A stretch of DNA of 64,000 nucleotides from an uncultured candidate division Zixibacteria bacterium (GTDB lineage Bacteria > Zixibacteria > MSB-5A5 > UBA10806): the NCBI GenBank assembly GCA_963817915.1, contig CAWFQL010000016.1, positions 390,094 through 454,093 on the forward strand, given 5' to 3'. Below, piece after piece: positions 1 to 10,543 of the stretch. The translations under genes and the position numbers were made by a program. Every line of letters begins with the position of its first letter. The first letter of the stretch is position 1. The notes beneath the pieces were generated by a model. It was not told the origin of the DNA and searched no databases. It saw only the letters and a list, made by a program, of their open reading frames with translations.

Positions 1-925
1 TACCGCTTACCACGAATATGGCGGCAATGGCGGGGGTATTGCATGTGAACATTCAAGTCCGACGATTATGGGGAACATAATAACAGAAAATATATCCAAT
101 GGCGTGGGAGGCGGAATATCATTTATCTATTCCAACGCCCGCGTTATTAATAATATTTTGATAGGCAATAGCTCCGGATATAACGGAGGCGGTGGTTTAT
201 TCCTGTCATTTTCAAACCCGCGAATTACGGATAATACGATTTATGGTAATTCCTCAGAGCTAAGAGGTGGCGGAATATGGCTTAGTTATAACTGCAGCCC
301 AATTATGATCAATACTATATTAAGATCTAATTGGTCGAACTCCGATCCCGAAATAGGATATGAATCCGGTTCATTAATAAGGATTAGATATAGCAATATT
401 GAAGGCGGTTGGTCTGGCGAGGGCAATATCGATTGCGATCCGCTTTTCCGCGATCCGCTTGGCGGCGATTTTCATTTGATGGCGATTTCCTGCGATGATT
501 CCGCGAATTCACCATGTATAGATGCTGGAGATCCAGCGATAGTCGATTCGATCCAGGCCTGCAACTGGGGGCTGGGGATGGCAAGAAGCGATATTGGATT
601 CAACTGTGGCAATATGCCAACCCCGTGGACTGATTTAAACCAAAGCGAAATAAGCGCGCCTGTAAAAATTTCTTTACTCTTTAGTTACCCCAATCCCTTC
701 AATCCCTCGACAACAATTAAATATTCGATTTCTCAATCATCAAATGTTCAGATCAATATTTTCAATCTCCTCGGTCAGAAGGTTGAAAACTTATTCGACG
801 GCTATCAAAATGCGGGCGAATATAGCGTATTATGGATTGCGTCAGAAATGCCATCCGGCGTCTATTTCGCAAAATTGAATAGTGAAAAGAATTCGAAGAG
901 CATCAAGATGATGCTTTTAAAATAA
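1..925 (+). CDS. Right-handed beta-helix (GGGI-repeat) protein with T9SS C-terminal sorting domain, 5'-truncated by window edge
   Basis: The frame is open from position 2 (TAYHEYGGNGGGIAC...). Repeated N-x-I-x-x-N...GGGI motifs, a DPLF...SPCIDAGDP...DIG cap and a YPNPFNPSTTIKY...KMMLLK CTD. Confidence 0.85.
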   Translation, partial: TAYHEYGGNGGGIACEHSSPTIMGNIITENISNGVGGGISFIYSNARVINNILIGNSSGYNGGGGLFLSFSNPRITDNTIYGNSSELRGGGIWLSYNCSPIMINTILRSNWSNSDPEIGYESGSLIRIRYSNIEGGWSGEGNIDCDPLFRDPLGGDFHLMAISCDDSANSPCIDAGDPAIVDSIQACNWGLGMARSDIGFNCGNMPTPWTDLNQSEISAPVKISLLFSYPNPFNPSTTIKYSISQSSNVQINIFNLLGQKVENLFDGYQNAGEYSVLWIASEMPSGVYFAKLNSEKNSKSIKMMLLK

Positions 926-953
926 TGTACGGGCCAAACTAATCGGAGGAAAC

Positions 954-2929
954 GTGAAGAGATTTATTATAGTCTTGATATTGATACTATCAGCGGCGGT
1001 CATGCTTCAGGCGAGAATAATAAATGTCCCAGCGGATTATTCCACGATTCAGGCCGGCATAAACATTAGCGCAAATGGGGATACTGTTTTGGTGCAACCG
1101 GCGATTTATCAGGAAAATATCAATTTCAACGGACGACGAATAGTATTATGTTCTTTGTATCTATTGAATCATGATACGACGTCGATAAATTCTACAATTA
1201 TCGATGGTCAACAATCCGGTTCGGTGATTACGCTTAACCACGATGAGGATAGCCTTGCCGTCATATCTGGTCTTACTATTAGAAATGGGCGTTCACGTTT
1301 GGGCGGAGGGATAAATTGCCTTGATTCCAGTCCAATAATAAGAGACAATAAAATCAGTGGAAATACTGCCTATTATCAAAATGATTCAGATGGAAATGGT
1401 GGAGGAATCGCTTCAATCAGCGGTAATCCGTTAATTGAAAGAAATAAATTCATTGGGAATTCTTCTGTAAGTGGTGGAGGAATTTGGATCGGGGCCGGGG
1501 CCAGGATCAGGGATAATATATTTGTCGAGAACAATGCGCGAATCGAGGGCGCGGGGATATTTATTGGTAATGACACTGAATCGGAAATCACGGGAAATAT
1601 CTTATCCGACAACCACGCTGGTTCGGGCGGCGGAATTTCGGCATTTAATATTTCAACGACATTAATCAGCGCAAACACGATTTCAGGGAATGATGTTAAT
1701 CTCGATGGCGCAGGTATGTACTTATTTTTCAATAATGTTCCGGATGAAAGATCAATTATTGTTAACGACAATTCTATTTCGGATAATATTGCGTCGGGCC
1801 AGGGAGCCGGTATTTGCATACGCTGCAATTATTACGGTGAGGGCGACAGAATATTCATGATTTCTCATAACAACATATCGTCCAATATATCAGGAAACGG
1901 AGGAGGAATATATTTGGGATATGGAGCTCGGCAATCTGTGGTGGAAGACAATATAATCAATAATAATTCAGCCAGTACCGGAGGCGGAATTTATTGCTTA
2001 AAAGAATTCGATATAAAATTAAACAGGATCTATGGCAATAACAGTGTAATGGGGGGCGGAATATATTGCGAGAGATCTAATCCCAATATTATCGGCAACT
2101 CGATTTTCCAAAACCGCGCCAGCTTGATGGGAGCTGGAATTTGCTGCGATTACTCACCCGCCCCTTCAATTATAGGTAATCTGATTTATGAAAACGATGG
2201 GAATGGGATATATTGCTACGAATCGAACCCGTTAATAAAAGGGAACGTAATATTCGAAAATACCGGCTTTGAAGGCGGAGGCATTTACAGCTGGTTATCG
2301 CACGCCACAATAACCAATACAATTTTATGGGATAATAATGCGCCCGATGGCCCACAAATCTTGCTTGAAGACGATTCCTCTTCGCTGATATCCTACAATA
2401 ATATCCAGGGCGGCTGGTCAGGTAACGGCAATATCAGCTCCAATCCCTTGTTCCGCGATCCAAATAATGGGGATTTCCATTTGATGTCTACAACCTGCGG
2501 CGATGCTTTCGATTCCCCGTGCATCGATGCTGGAGATCCAACAATATTTGATTCAATTTTGGATTGCCAGCATGGCCTCGGCACTGCCCGCAGTGATATG
2601 GGAGCTTACGGCGGACAGGACTCTATTGCCACCGATATCGAAATCCCAATCGCTCAAATTCCTGAAAGATTTGAGCTTGATACAAAATTACCCCAATCCC
2701 TTCAACCCCTCGACAACAATTAAGTATTCGATTTCTCAACCATCGAATGTTCAAATCAATATCTTCAATCTCCTCGGTCAGAAAGTTGAAACCCTAATCG
2801 ACGACTATCAAAATGCGGGCGAGTACAACCTGATCTGGAATGCATCCGCAAGTGCCATCCGGAGTCTATTTCGCAAAATTGAATGCAGGAATAAAATCGA
2901 GCAGTATAAAGATGATGCTTTTGAAGTAA
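954..2929 (+). CDS. Beta-helix protein with T9SS CTD, paralog 2 (two frameshifts in CTD, ~2670 and ~2850)
   Basis: GGAGG RBS, GTG start, signal peptide, VPADYSTIQAGI N-terminal motif and GGGI repeats. The CTD continues in ORF 2503..2961 (QNYPNPFNPSTT) and ends KMMLLK-TAA at 2929 in another frame. Confidence 0.8.
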
Positions 2930-2957
2930 TGTTTGGGCCAACCAAATTGGAGGGCGC

Positions 2958-4282
2958 ATGAAAAGATTTATTATAACTTTAATAGTGGCGATATCTTCTG
3001 CGGTCATTCTTCACGCAAGGATCATCTATGTCCCCGCGGAGTACGGGACAATTCAAGCGGGGATTGATGTCAGCCTCAACGGGGATACGGTATTTGTTGA
3101 AGAGGGAGAGTATCACGAGCGTATTGACTTTAACGGGCATAATATTGTATTATGCTCAAGATTTCTGACCTTTGCGGATACTCTCAGCATAGAAAAAACT
3201 ATTATTGATGGAGATTCCTTAGGAACAACAGTCAAATTCCAAAACCATGAAGACAGCACTGCGGCTATTATAGGTTTTACAATAAGGCATGGCATAAACA
3301 CAGCCGGAGGGGGCATATCGTGCCGTAATTCCAGCCCAAAAATCTTATGGAATATTATTTGCGAAAATGCCTCCGAGGGATGGAATGGTGGCGCAGGGAT
3401 ATTTGGCGATTCGTCGAATTCTCTCATTGCCTACAATAGGATTCGTCATAATTATAGCGACTGGAACGGCGGCGGCATGAGCTTTCGTTATTCTGAACCG
3501 AAAATCTATAATAATATTATCACCCAAAATACGGCTTACGAGTGAAACGGCGGTGGAATGTATTGCAGTTGCAATACACATGCGAACATAGTCAACAATA
3601 CTATTGCTTTTAATCAAGCATGTTACGGTGGCGGGGTTTACTTTGAACTCTCAAGTTCTGCTATTACCAATTCCATCATTTACTTTAATGATGCCTATGA
3701 TGGGGGTGACGAAATTGTACATTATCAAGATATATTAACTATCACTTATTCCGATATCGGGGGCGGATTCAGCGGCGAAGGAAACATTAATATCAATCCA
3801 TACTTTCGGTATATTGAAAACGATAACTTCAGGCTAATGTCAGCAGAATGTGGCGATTCGGTCACTTCGCCCTGTATCGACGCTGGAAGACCTGAAATTG
3901 AAGACGGTTTATTAAGCTGTTTCTGGGGCCAGGGCACTTCCAGAAGCGATATGGGAGCTTACGGCGGCGGCCCGGGCCAGCAGGTAAACATCAATAATGA
4001 GATTGATAATAAACCGGAGAATTTCTCGATTGTGCAAAACTACCCCAATCCATTTAACCCAACGACATCAATCAAATATTCGATTTCTCAATCTTCGAAT
4101 GTTCAGATCAATATCTATCAATCTGCTCGGCCAGAAGGTTGAAAACTTATTCGACGGCTATCAAAATGCGGGCGAGTATAGCGTCATCATGGAATGCATC
4201 CGAAATGCCATCCGGTGTCTATTTCGCAAAATTGAATGCAGGAATAAAATCGAGCAGTATAAAGATGATGCTTTTGAAATAA
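2958..4282 (+). CDS. Beta-helix protein with T9SS CTD, paralog 3 (in-frame TGA at 3543-3545, frameshifts ~4118 and ~4188)
   Basis: ORFs 2958..3545 and 3558..4142 share a frame. The CTD DNA is near-identical to paralogs 1 and 2 and ends KMMLLK-TAA at 4282. Confidence 0.75.
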
Positions 4283-4316
4283 CGAAAATTTATCGCGTAC
4301 GTCCATTGACATCGAT

Positions 4317-4350
4317 AAGGCGGCACCGTTTGGTGTCGCCTTTGTGTTAT
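4317..4350 (+). terminator. Intrinsic terminator after T9SS gene cluster
   Basis: AAGGCGGCACC-GTTT-GGTGTCGCCTT hairpin followed by a T-rich tail. Confidence 0.65.
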
Positions 4351-4551
4351 TTGCCGTAGCGAAAGTACTTTTCTTTTAAAAAACAATTTAAACATACTAA
4401 GATATCCATATCTATTTATAATTTCAAATTCGCACCTGAATTTATTTTGGGATCAAACTTTTTGCGTGTTCGAGCGTCAAATACATCCAATATGGAAACA
4501 TGGAGACCGGTTTGACGGTTTTCAGCGATATGCCTAAAGGAGGTATACATC

Positions 4552-4962
4552 ATGTCTAGCAGCAGACTAATCAGGCTGACCCTTATCCTAACTGTTTTAG
4601 GGTTGGCGATTTTTTCCGGCTTGGCCGCGGCCAAAGGTAATAAATACGCGGATAAAGCCGCCGAGCATCTGGCATTCTTGAAGAGCAAGCTTAACCTTAC
4701 GGATGTTCAAGCCGAGAAGGTAAAAGCTATTCTGGACGAATCACAGAAGACAGCAATGACGGATCGGCAGAAATATAAAGGAAATAAAGATGCCATCCGC
4801 AGCGCTTCCATGGAACGGCAAAAATCGATGGACGAGAAGATAATGGCTGTCCTCGATGAAAACCAGAAGAAGGAATTCGACAAAATCAAAGACACTTCGT
4901 GGGAACCAATGAAAACCCCCAAAGTCCAAAAGACCCAGGAAGCTCCCAAGAGCGGCTATTAA
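4552..4962 (+). CDS. Secreted helical protein, Spy/CpxP/DUF4890-like
   Basis: AAGGAGG RBS, signal peptide, LNLTDxQ and LDENQKK LTxxQ-like motifs. Confidence 0.65.
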   Translation: MSSSRLIRLTLILTVLGLAIFSGLAAAKGNKYADKAAEHLAFLKSKLNLTDVQAEKVKAILDESQKTAMTDRQKYKGNKDAIRSASMERQKSMDEKIMAVLDENQKKEFDKIKDTSWEPMKTPKVQKTQEAPKSGY

Positions 4963-4982
4963 AAGTTTAAGCCAGTGTTAAG

Positions 4983-5018
4983 AAAATCGCCGGGTCAGAT
5001 GACCTGGCGATTTTTTTC
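4983..5018. terminator. Bidirectional intrinsic terminator
   Basis: AAAATCGCCGGGTCA-GA-TGACCTGGCGATTTTTTT between convergent ORFs. Confidence 0.75.
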
Positions 5019-5021
5019 TAC

Positions 5022-5099
5022 TTATTTCTTTTTGGCGACTTTCTTCTTGGTCGCTTTTTTGACCGCTGGTTTCGATGCTCCGCATTTCTTGCAGCCCAT
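5022..5099 (-). CDS. 25-aa Lys-rich micropeptide MGCKKCGASKPAVKKATKKKVAKKK
   Basis: Manually translated. GGAGG RBS just upstream of the ATG, and the stop abuts the bidirectional terminator. Confidence 0.6.
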   Translation of the reverse strand: MGCKKCGASKPAVKKATKKKVAKKK

Positions 5100-5292
5100 T
5101 AAGTCCTCCAAAGGTTAAAAATACAAGGACAACATTGTCTTTTATATTTCACAATGCCAAAATTGTCAAATCCTTATAATGTCGACACCAAGGATTATTA
5201 TTAATTTTGGAAGCGGGAACATGGATATCAAAAACTAAGTATATATTTCGCGTGGGAAAAATATAAAGGTCACTTTCAAAGGTGAGGTAGTT

Positions 5293-5919
5293 ATGAAAAA
5301 ACGTGATAGAAATGCTGGCTTCCTTTGGGTGCTTCTGGGCTCGATAATTTTTTTGTCGCCATTAGCCAATGCTACAAATCATCATATCAGCATTACGGGC
5401 CTTCAATTCGTGCCGCACGGGATATCCGTCAATATCGGTGATACGGTTACCTGGACGAACAATGACGCAGTCTTGCATACGTCGACAAGCGATCAGGGCG
5501 TTTGGAATTCAGGCACCTTGGCACAGGGAGCTTCATTTTCATTCCGGTTCGACAATTCTGGACGATTTCCATACCATTGCGCCGTGCATCTTTTTATGAA
5601 AGATACAATCAATGTCGCATTGACTGGAATCAATGATAATTCAAGCAATATCCCGACACAATTTGAACTAAGCCAGAACTATCCCAACCCCTTCAACGCT
5701 GAAACCAATATCGATTTTACTCTCAACGCCGAAGGACACGCGTTACTTGAAATTTATAATGTGCTTGGGCAGATAGTAGATGTCCTCGTGGATCAGACGA
5801 TGAGCCCGGGAACATACAAATATAATTGGAACGCCGGAAACAGAACATCGGGTGTTTTCTTTTATCGGCTGACATTCGAAGGCCAAACCAAAACTGGCCG
5901 AATGACACTGCTGAAATAA
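5293..5919 (+). CDS. Cupredoxin (plastocyanin/amicyanin-like) domain protein with T9SS CTD
   Basis: Signal peptide. GDTVTWTN..H and YHCAVHLFM provide His/Cys/His/Met type-1 Cu ligands. QNYPNPFN...MTLLK CTD. Confidence 0.85.
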   Translation: MKKRDRNAGFLWVLLGSIIFLSPLANATNHHISITGLQFVPHGISVNIGDTVTWTNNDAVLHTSTSDQGVWNSGTLAQGASFSFRFDNSGRFPYHCAVHLFMKDTINVALTGINDNSSNIPTQFELSQNYPNPFNAETNIDFTLNAEGHALLEIYNVLGQIVDVLVDQTMSPGTYKYNWNAGNRTSGVFFYRLTFEGQTKTGRMTLLK

Positions 5920-5943
5920 ATGACCAGATTATATAAATAAAAT

Positions 5944-5971
5944 AGGCGGCTTCATCCGGGGCCGCCTTTTC
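5944..5971 (+). terminator. Intrinsic terminator
   Basis: AGGCGGCT...GGCCGCCTTTT hairpin. Confidence 0.6.
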
Positions 5972-6077
5972 AATTATTTCCTGCGAGTCACTGCTCGCCG
6001 TGACCGCATCTTAGCAGTGTTCGCTATCAGGGATTATTTTGGCTTGGTGGCAGGTCTCCGCACCTGCCACCCAACTA

Positions 6078-6643
6078 TTACATTCGTTCGAATTTGCCCA
6101 TGAGCTCGCCCTTGGCGATGATATGGCCGTCCATCGCTTTTAATACATTCTCGCGGCGGGCATCGGATTTTAGTTCTAATGTTATATCAAGAGCGTAAAG
6201 TCTGAAAAAGTAGCGATGCGGGCCGCCTCTTGGCGGGCTTGGTCCGCCATAGCAATTTTCGCCCCAGCTGTTTTTCGCCTGCTTGCCAATTTTAGGATCG
6301 AGATTCTTCTTGGGGATATTCTCGGGCAGCCCTGTCGAATCGGGAGGGATTCCGTAAACCACCCAATGCGACCAGGTCTCGCCCGGGGCATCGGGATCAT
6401 CCATTATTAGCACCAGCTCTTTGGTGCCCGTTGGCGGTTTGCTCCAAGAAAGTTGAGGGGAGATATCGTCTCTCAATGCTGTATATTTCGCTGGAATATT
6501 TTCGCCAATTTTGAATGCGTTGCTTTTGACTTCAAGCGTCGGCATCACAGCCTCCTTCTTATCTTCGGCCATTCCAGATGACAGCCAAAAAATCAAGGCC
6601 GCAATATAATATTGTGAAAATTGATCTTTTCGATGCTCTTCAT
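6078..6643 (-). CDS. YbhB/YbcL family (PEBP/Raf kinase inhibitor-like) protein; probable frameshift near the 5' end
   Basis: DPDAP..W.HW and YGGPSPP.GGPHRYFFRLYALD motifs. AGGAGG RBS + ATG at 6643 is out of frame with the body. Confidence 0.85.
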
Positions 6644-6781
6644 TATTCCTCCTTTTCGCCGAATTATAATTACAGCCTCCATATGAAACTGGCAAGACAA
6701 AATTGATGTTAATGACACAATATGAAGATTGAAATGGCTTCATTTTAATTCATAGGCTATAAATAATAGAGGCAAGCGCTT

Positions 6782-7570
6782 TTGATGATAAATGTGAATG
6801 GGGAAAAAAGACCCGCATTTAATTATTACGGGCTGATAATTTTCATTCTTGAGTTGTTTTTGGGTCTGATATGGCATTCAGCGACTAACTATGTTAATTG
6901 GTTGGCGCTACTCCCTTTGATAATTATCGCTATCTATTTTTACAGCGTCGGCGGGTTCATGTTCGCGCAGTCGTTGTTTTTCATATTTATATATTTAACC
7001 CGGTTATTCCAAGTGGCAAAGTTAGGGTTACTGTTCGCTTTGCCGCTTGGCCTTTATATTCTGATATCGATATTGGTAAAAAGGCGTTCTGAATTGCTCC
7101 CCTGGCTAAAAAAGGGAAGACTCGGCAGCGAGGTATTCGGCTTAAGCATTTTAACAGTAATTGTGTCGTCTTTTGCGTTGATTGGCTGGTATGAAATTGC
7201 CAAACCCAATGTCAGCCGATTTTGGGCGCTGATTCCCGACTTCAATATCGATGTTCTGATCCCGCTCGGTGTCGGGTTTGCCATAGTAAATTCGATCGTT
7301 GAGGAGTTCATTTTCCGGGGAATTATCTGGCACTCATTGGAGGATATCGGTTGTAATATATTACAAGTCTTGACCATTCAAGCGATCATCTTTGGCCTTA
7401 TCCATTATAACGGGTTTCCTGGCGGCCTTAGTGGTGTCGGTCTCGCTACGATTTATGGGGCGTTTTTGGGTGCGATTAGATACCGCTCGCGGGGATTATT
7501 TGCTCCCATAACTGTTCATGTATTCGCTGATGTTCTAATTTTCATTTTGCTGCTTGCAAGAATAGCGTAG
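6782..7570 (+). CDS. CPBP family intramembrane glutamic endopeptidase (CAAX/Abi)
   Basis: EEFIFRG, FGLIH and H..AD motifs with multiple TM helices. Confidence 0.85.
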   Translation: MMINVNGEKRPAFNYYGLIIFILELFLGLIWHSATNYVNWLALLPLIIIAIYFYSVGGFMFAQSLFFIFIYLTRLFQVAKLGLLFALPLGLYILISILVKRRSELLPWLKKGRLGSEVFGLSILTVIVSSFALIGWYEIAKPNVSRFWALIPDFNIDVLIPLGVGFAIVNSIVEEFIFRGIIWHSLEDIGCNILQVLTIQAIIFGLIHYNGFPGGLSGVGLATIYGAFLGAIRYRSRGLFAPITVHVFADVLIFILLLARIA

Positions 7571-7848
7571 ATAGAATCCATAATACATTATTAATATGCC
7601 TAACACGAATTACCATCATATGTATCGAATTAGTTGTAATATTTATCGAATATTAAGCTTCGATGCTACAAAAACGGTGCAATACTTATATCGCTATACG
7701 CATTTTGTAGGCATTAAAGTAAGGTTGAGGATTTTGGGTATAGGCCGATACACGAATAGGTACTTGCCGTTCCATTTGCTTATGATGCCGAAGGGGGGCG
7801 AACGGTAAGGATTTCCAGCCAGCTTGGGCTTTTTGGGGGTCCAAGTAC

Positions 7849-7888
7849 AAAACCGGCCCTGAAGTCAACATTAGGACCGGTTTTTTTA
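7849..7888. terminator. Bidirectional terminator
   Basis: AAAACCGGCCCT...AGGACCGGTTTTTTT. Confidence 0.65.
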
Positions 7889-7917
7889 TTGCTACGGCAA
7901 ATGAAATAACAATTTTC

Positions 7918-9150
7918 CTACCCCTCCAAAAACACATGAGCGAAAATCTTGGCATCCCCCAAGATAAATGATATGTCAGTGTATTCGTTAGGTTGATGGG
8001 CTGTCTCATGAATCCTGCTCCAGACCGCCACCGGATATCCCAATCTGCGGAATAGTGCCGCAACTGTCCCCCCGCCTATGCCGCAAACTGTCCCCTGGAC
8101 ATTATAGACCTTCTTGATAGCTTTTTTAAGAGCCTCGACCACCGGGGAATTTTCAGGAGTTGGCGGAGCGGCCTCGGCTTTTTGAACAGGGCTGACTTTG
8201 ATTTTGACATTATCGGCAAGTTCGATTTCGCGAGCCCATTTTTCAATCATCGATACGACTTCATCGAGTTTATACTTGGGTAGGACTCGGCAATCGATAT
8301 AAAAGACATCATCGCCGGGGATAGTATTGATATTGGGGACATTGGCTTCCTTCTTGGTCGGCTCGAATGACGAATAGGCCGGTTCGAAGAGGCTATCTTT
8401 GTAGTCGAAAATGTTATACAGCGCATGAACCTTTGCGGCTAATTTCGAGGCGGCGGCGAAGGCGTTGACACCCTGATCCGGGCGAGAGGCGTGACATTGC
8501 TTGCCGGTAGTTTCAACCTTGAGCCAGCAAATCGATTTTTCGGCAATTTCGATCGTCTTGCCTTCGGGATCGCCGGAATCGGGGACAATTATCAGGTCTT
8601 CTTTTTTGAATATTTTATGATGTTCGAGTACATAGTCTATCCCGAATTTCGAACCGACTTCCTCATCGGCGACAAAAATCAGGCCAACATTGTACTTCGG
8701 TTTTACACCGGAATCAATCAGCGCCTTCCCGGCTATTACTCCGGCTACCAGGCCATGCTGATTGTCTTCGACGCCTCGGCCGAACATGCGATCCCCCTCG
8801 ACACGCAATGTGTAAGGATCGCCTTGCCACTTTGAAAGATCGCCCGGCGGAACAATATCGGTATGTGCCATTATCCAAACAGTTTTGGAATTATCTTTGC
8901 CGGAGAAATTATATACCAAATTGGGGCGGATACCGCTGGGAACTCGCTTATCGGGGGCATTGTATTCTTCCGGTTTCGGGAATCCTGCCGCAGCCAGGTA
9001 TTTTTTCAGCGCTTCCGCCTTTTTGATTTCACCTTCACCTTCGCTTTCGGGAGCAAGCGCCGGAATCGATGTCAGCAACCGTTCTAATTCGATAACGTCA
9101 TTGCGATACCCGTCTATTTTTTGCGAAATTTTGTTGAATTCCTCACCCAT
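7918..9150 (-). CDS. M20 family metallohydrolase (DapE/ArgE-like)
   Basis: HTDIVPPGD, GRGVEDN, DEEVGS, HASRP and AHQPNE motifs. GGAGG RBS before the ATG at 9150. Confidence 0.9.
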   Translation of the reverse strand: MGEEFNKISQKIDGYRNDVIELERLLTSIPALAPESEGEGEIKKAEALKKYLAAAGFPKPEEYNAPDKRVPSGIRPNLVYNFSGKDNSKTVWIMAHTDIVPPGDLSKWQGDPYTLRVEGDRMFGRGVEDNQHGLVAGVIAGKALIDSGVKPKYNVGLIFVADEEVGSKFGIDYVLEHHKIFKKEDLIIVPDSGDPEGKTIEIAEKSICWLKVETTGKQCHASRPDQGVNAFAAASKLAAKVHALYNIFDYKDSLFEPAYSSFEPTKKEANVPNINTIPGDDVFYIDCRVLPKYKLDEVVSMIEKWAREIELADNVKIKVSPVQKAEAAPPTPENSPVVEALKKAIKKVYNVQGTVCGIGGGTVAALFRRLGYPVAVWSRIHETAHQPNEYTDISFILGDAKIFAHVFLEG

Positions 9151-9610
9151 TTGTATCCTCCTTAAAGATTTCATTATAATGATGTATCATCTGCGGCGGC
9201 TCGATTCCAAGCAATCTCAGGTACACATAAAGATTGCCGCGATGATGAATTTCCTCGTCGATAGCGACATAAATAATAGCCTCGCCTGATATTGAACCGA
9301 ATTTGGTTTCATAAGTTTTCATGAATCTGCCTTCGGGCATCATCTTCAGAAAATCATTCGTTCGTTGATGTTCGTTATAAAGTCTGTCGTATAGCGATTT
9401 TTTCTCGAGAATAGGAAAATCCGGCGACGATCTGTAGATCCAATCCTGATTGACCAAACCTCTCCTGATATATAGCTCGACATCAACGATATGCGTAAAT
9501 TGCTCGGCGACATTTCGAACATCCTTCGTCGGTCTGAAAGTCATTTGATCCTCTGGGAAAAGTTCGAGCAAATGCAACGTCAGTTTCCTGACATTATCCC
9601 AGTATTTCAT
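9143..9610 (-). CDS. DinB family protein
   Basis: F.P...R.VAEQFTHI and EIHHRGNLYVYLRLLGIEPP. Confidence 0.85.
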   Translation of the reverse strand: MKYWDNVRKLTLHLLELFPEDQMTFRPTKDVRNVAEQFTHIVDVELYIRRGLVNQDWIYRSSPDFPILEKKSLYDRLYNEHQRTNDFLKMMPEGRFMKTYETKFGSISGEAIIYVAIDEEIHHRGNLYVYLRLLGIEPPQMIHHYNEIFKEDTNG

Positions 9611-9632
9611 AATCTCTCTTTTGACCATGATT

Positions 9633-10400
9633 TTACGACTTATTACAGATTATTATAAATGTTATGGGGAGATGGTCGGCGATATAGCTATATTCGGACA
9701 TTATCTCTTTAGAAAATCCTATATGCGGCGTATCGATTGTGGATTTGGGCTCCAATATTTTGGAAATTGCAAAACCGGACTCGATTAAGGTATTGCAGTA
9801 TTGAGGAATCGATCTCACGTAATGCTGGAAACGGGGCGAGGTAGCCATATCGTCAAAATCCCAACGCCATTTCATCAGAATAGGTTCGGCTGGATATGGA
9901 TTATTGAAACTCACTCCACCATCGATTTCGTCGATTATATATTGAAGAGGATTCATATCGGATAATATAAATCGGCTGCCCGGTTTGAGCAATCTGTGGG
10001 CCTCATCGAAAACCGACTTTGGATTATCAACAAAGGATATGGCACAAGCCGAAACAATAAAATCGTATGACCCCGAATTTAGTTGGGGGATGTTTTGAAT
10101 ATCACCAACCCTGAAATCAATACCAAGCCCTGCGCCGGCCGCCAGCTCTTTTGCGAGCCCAATCTGTTTTAGCGAGAAATCAATTGCGGTGACATCGGCG
10201 CCTAACCTGGCAAGCGCGATAGCGTTCTGACCGCAGCCGCAGCCGAGATCAATAACTTTTTTATCCTTCAAATTACCGACCAGTCCAAGCTTGTCGTCGC
10301 CGGGACATAGGGGACCATAGTGAACCACATCGGTGGATATCTCGTAGCGTTTCAGATAGCGGTCTGAAATAATATCCCATGATTTTCGAAGATCGACCAT
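9633..10400 (-). CDS. Class I SAM-dependent methyltransferase
   Basis: VIDLGCGCG motif I and LKPGSRF. Confidence 0.85.
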   Translation of the reverse strand: MVDLRKSWDIISDRYLKRYEISTDVVHYGPLCPGDDKLGLVGNLKDKKVIDLGCGCGQNAIALARLGADVTAIDFSLKQIGLAKELAAGAGLGIDFRVGDIQNIPQLNSGSYDFIVSACAISFVDNPKSVFDEAHRLLKPGSRFILSDMNPLQYIIDEIDGGVSFNNPYPAEPILMKWRWDFDDMATSPRFQHYVRSIPQYCNTLIESGFAISKILEPKSTIDTPHIGFSKEIMSEYSYIADHLPITFIIICNKS

Positions 10401-10543
10401 GTCTATTAGTATATCCTAAACATATTCGAAACGCAACCATGATAGCGTTATCCATATTGAAAATGATAATCATAATAATATTGGGAACAGTGACGACTAA
10501 ATACTCGTTTAACCCAAAGCATGAGGAAAGGGAAGATGGAAAT

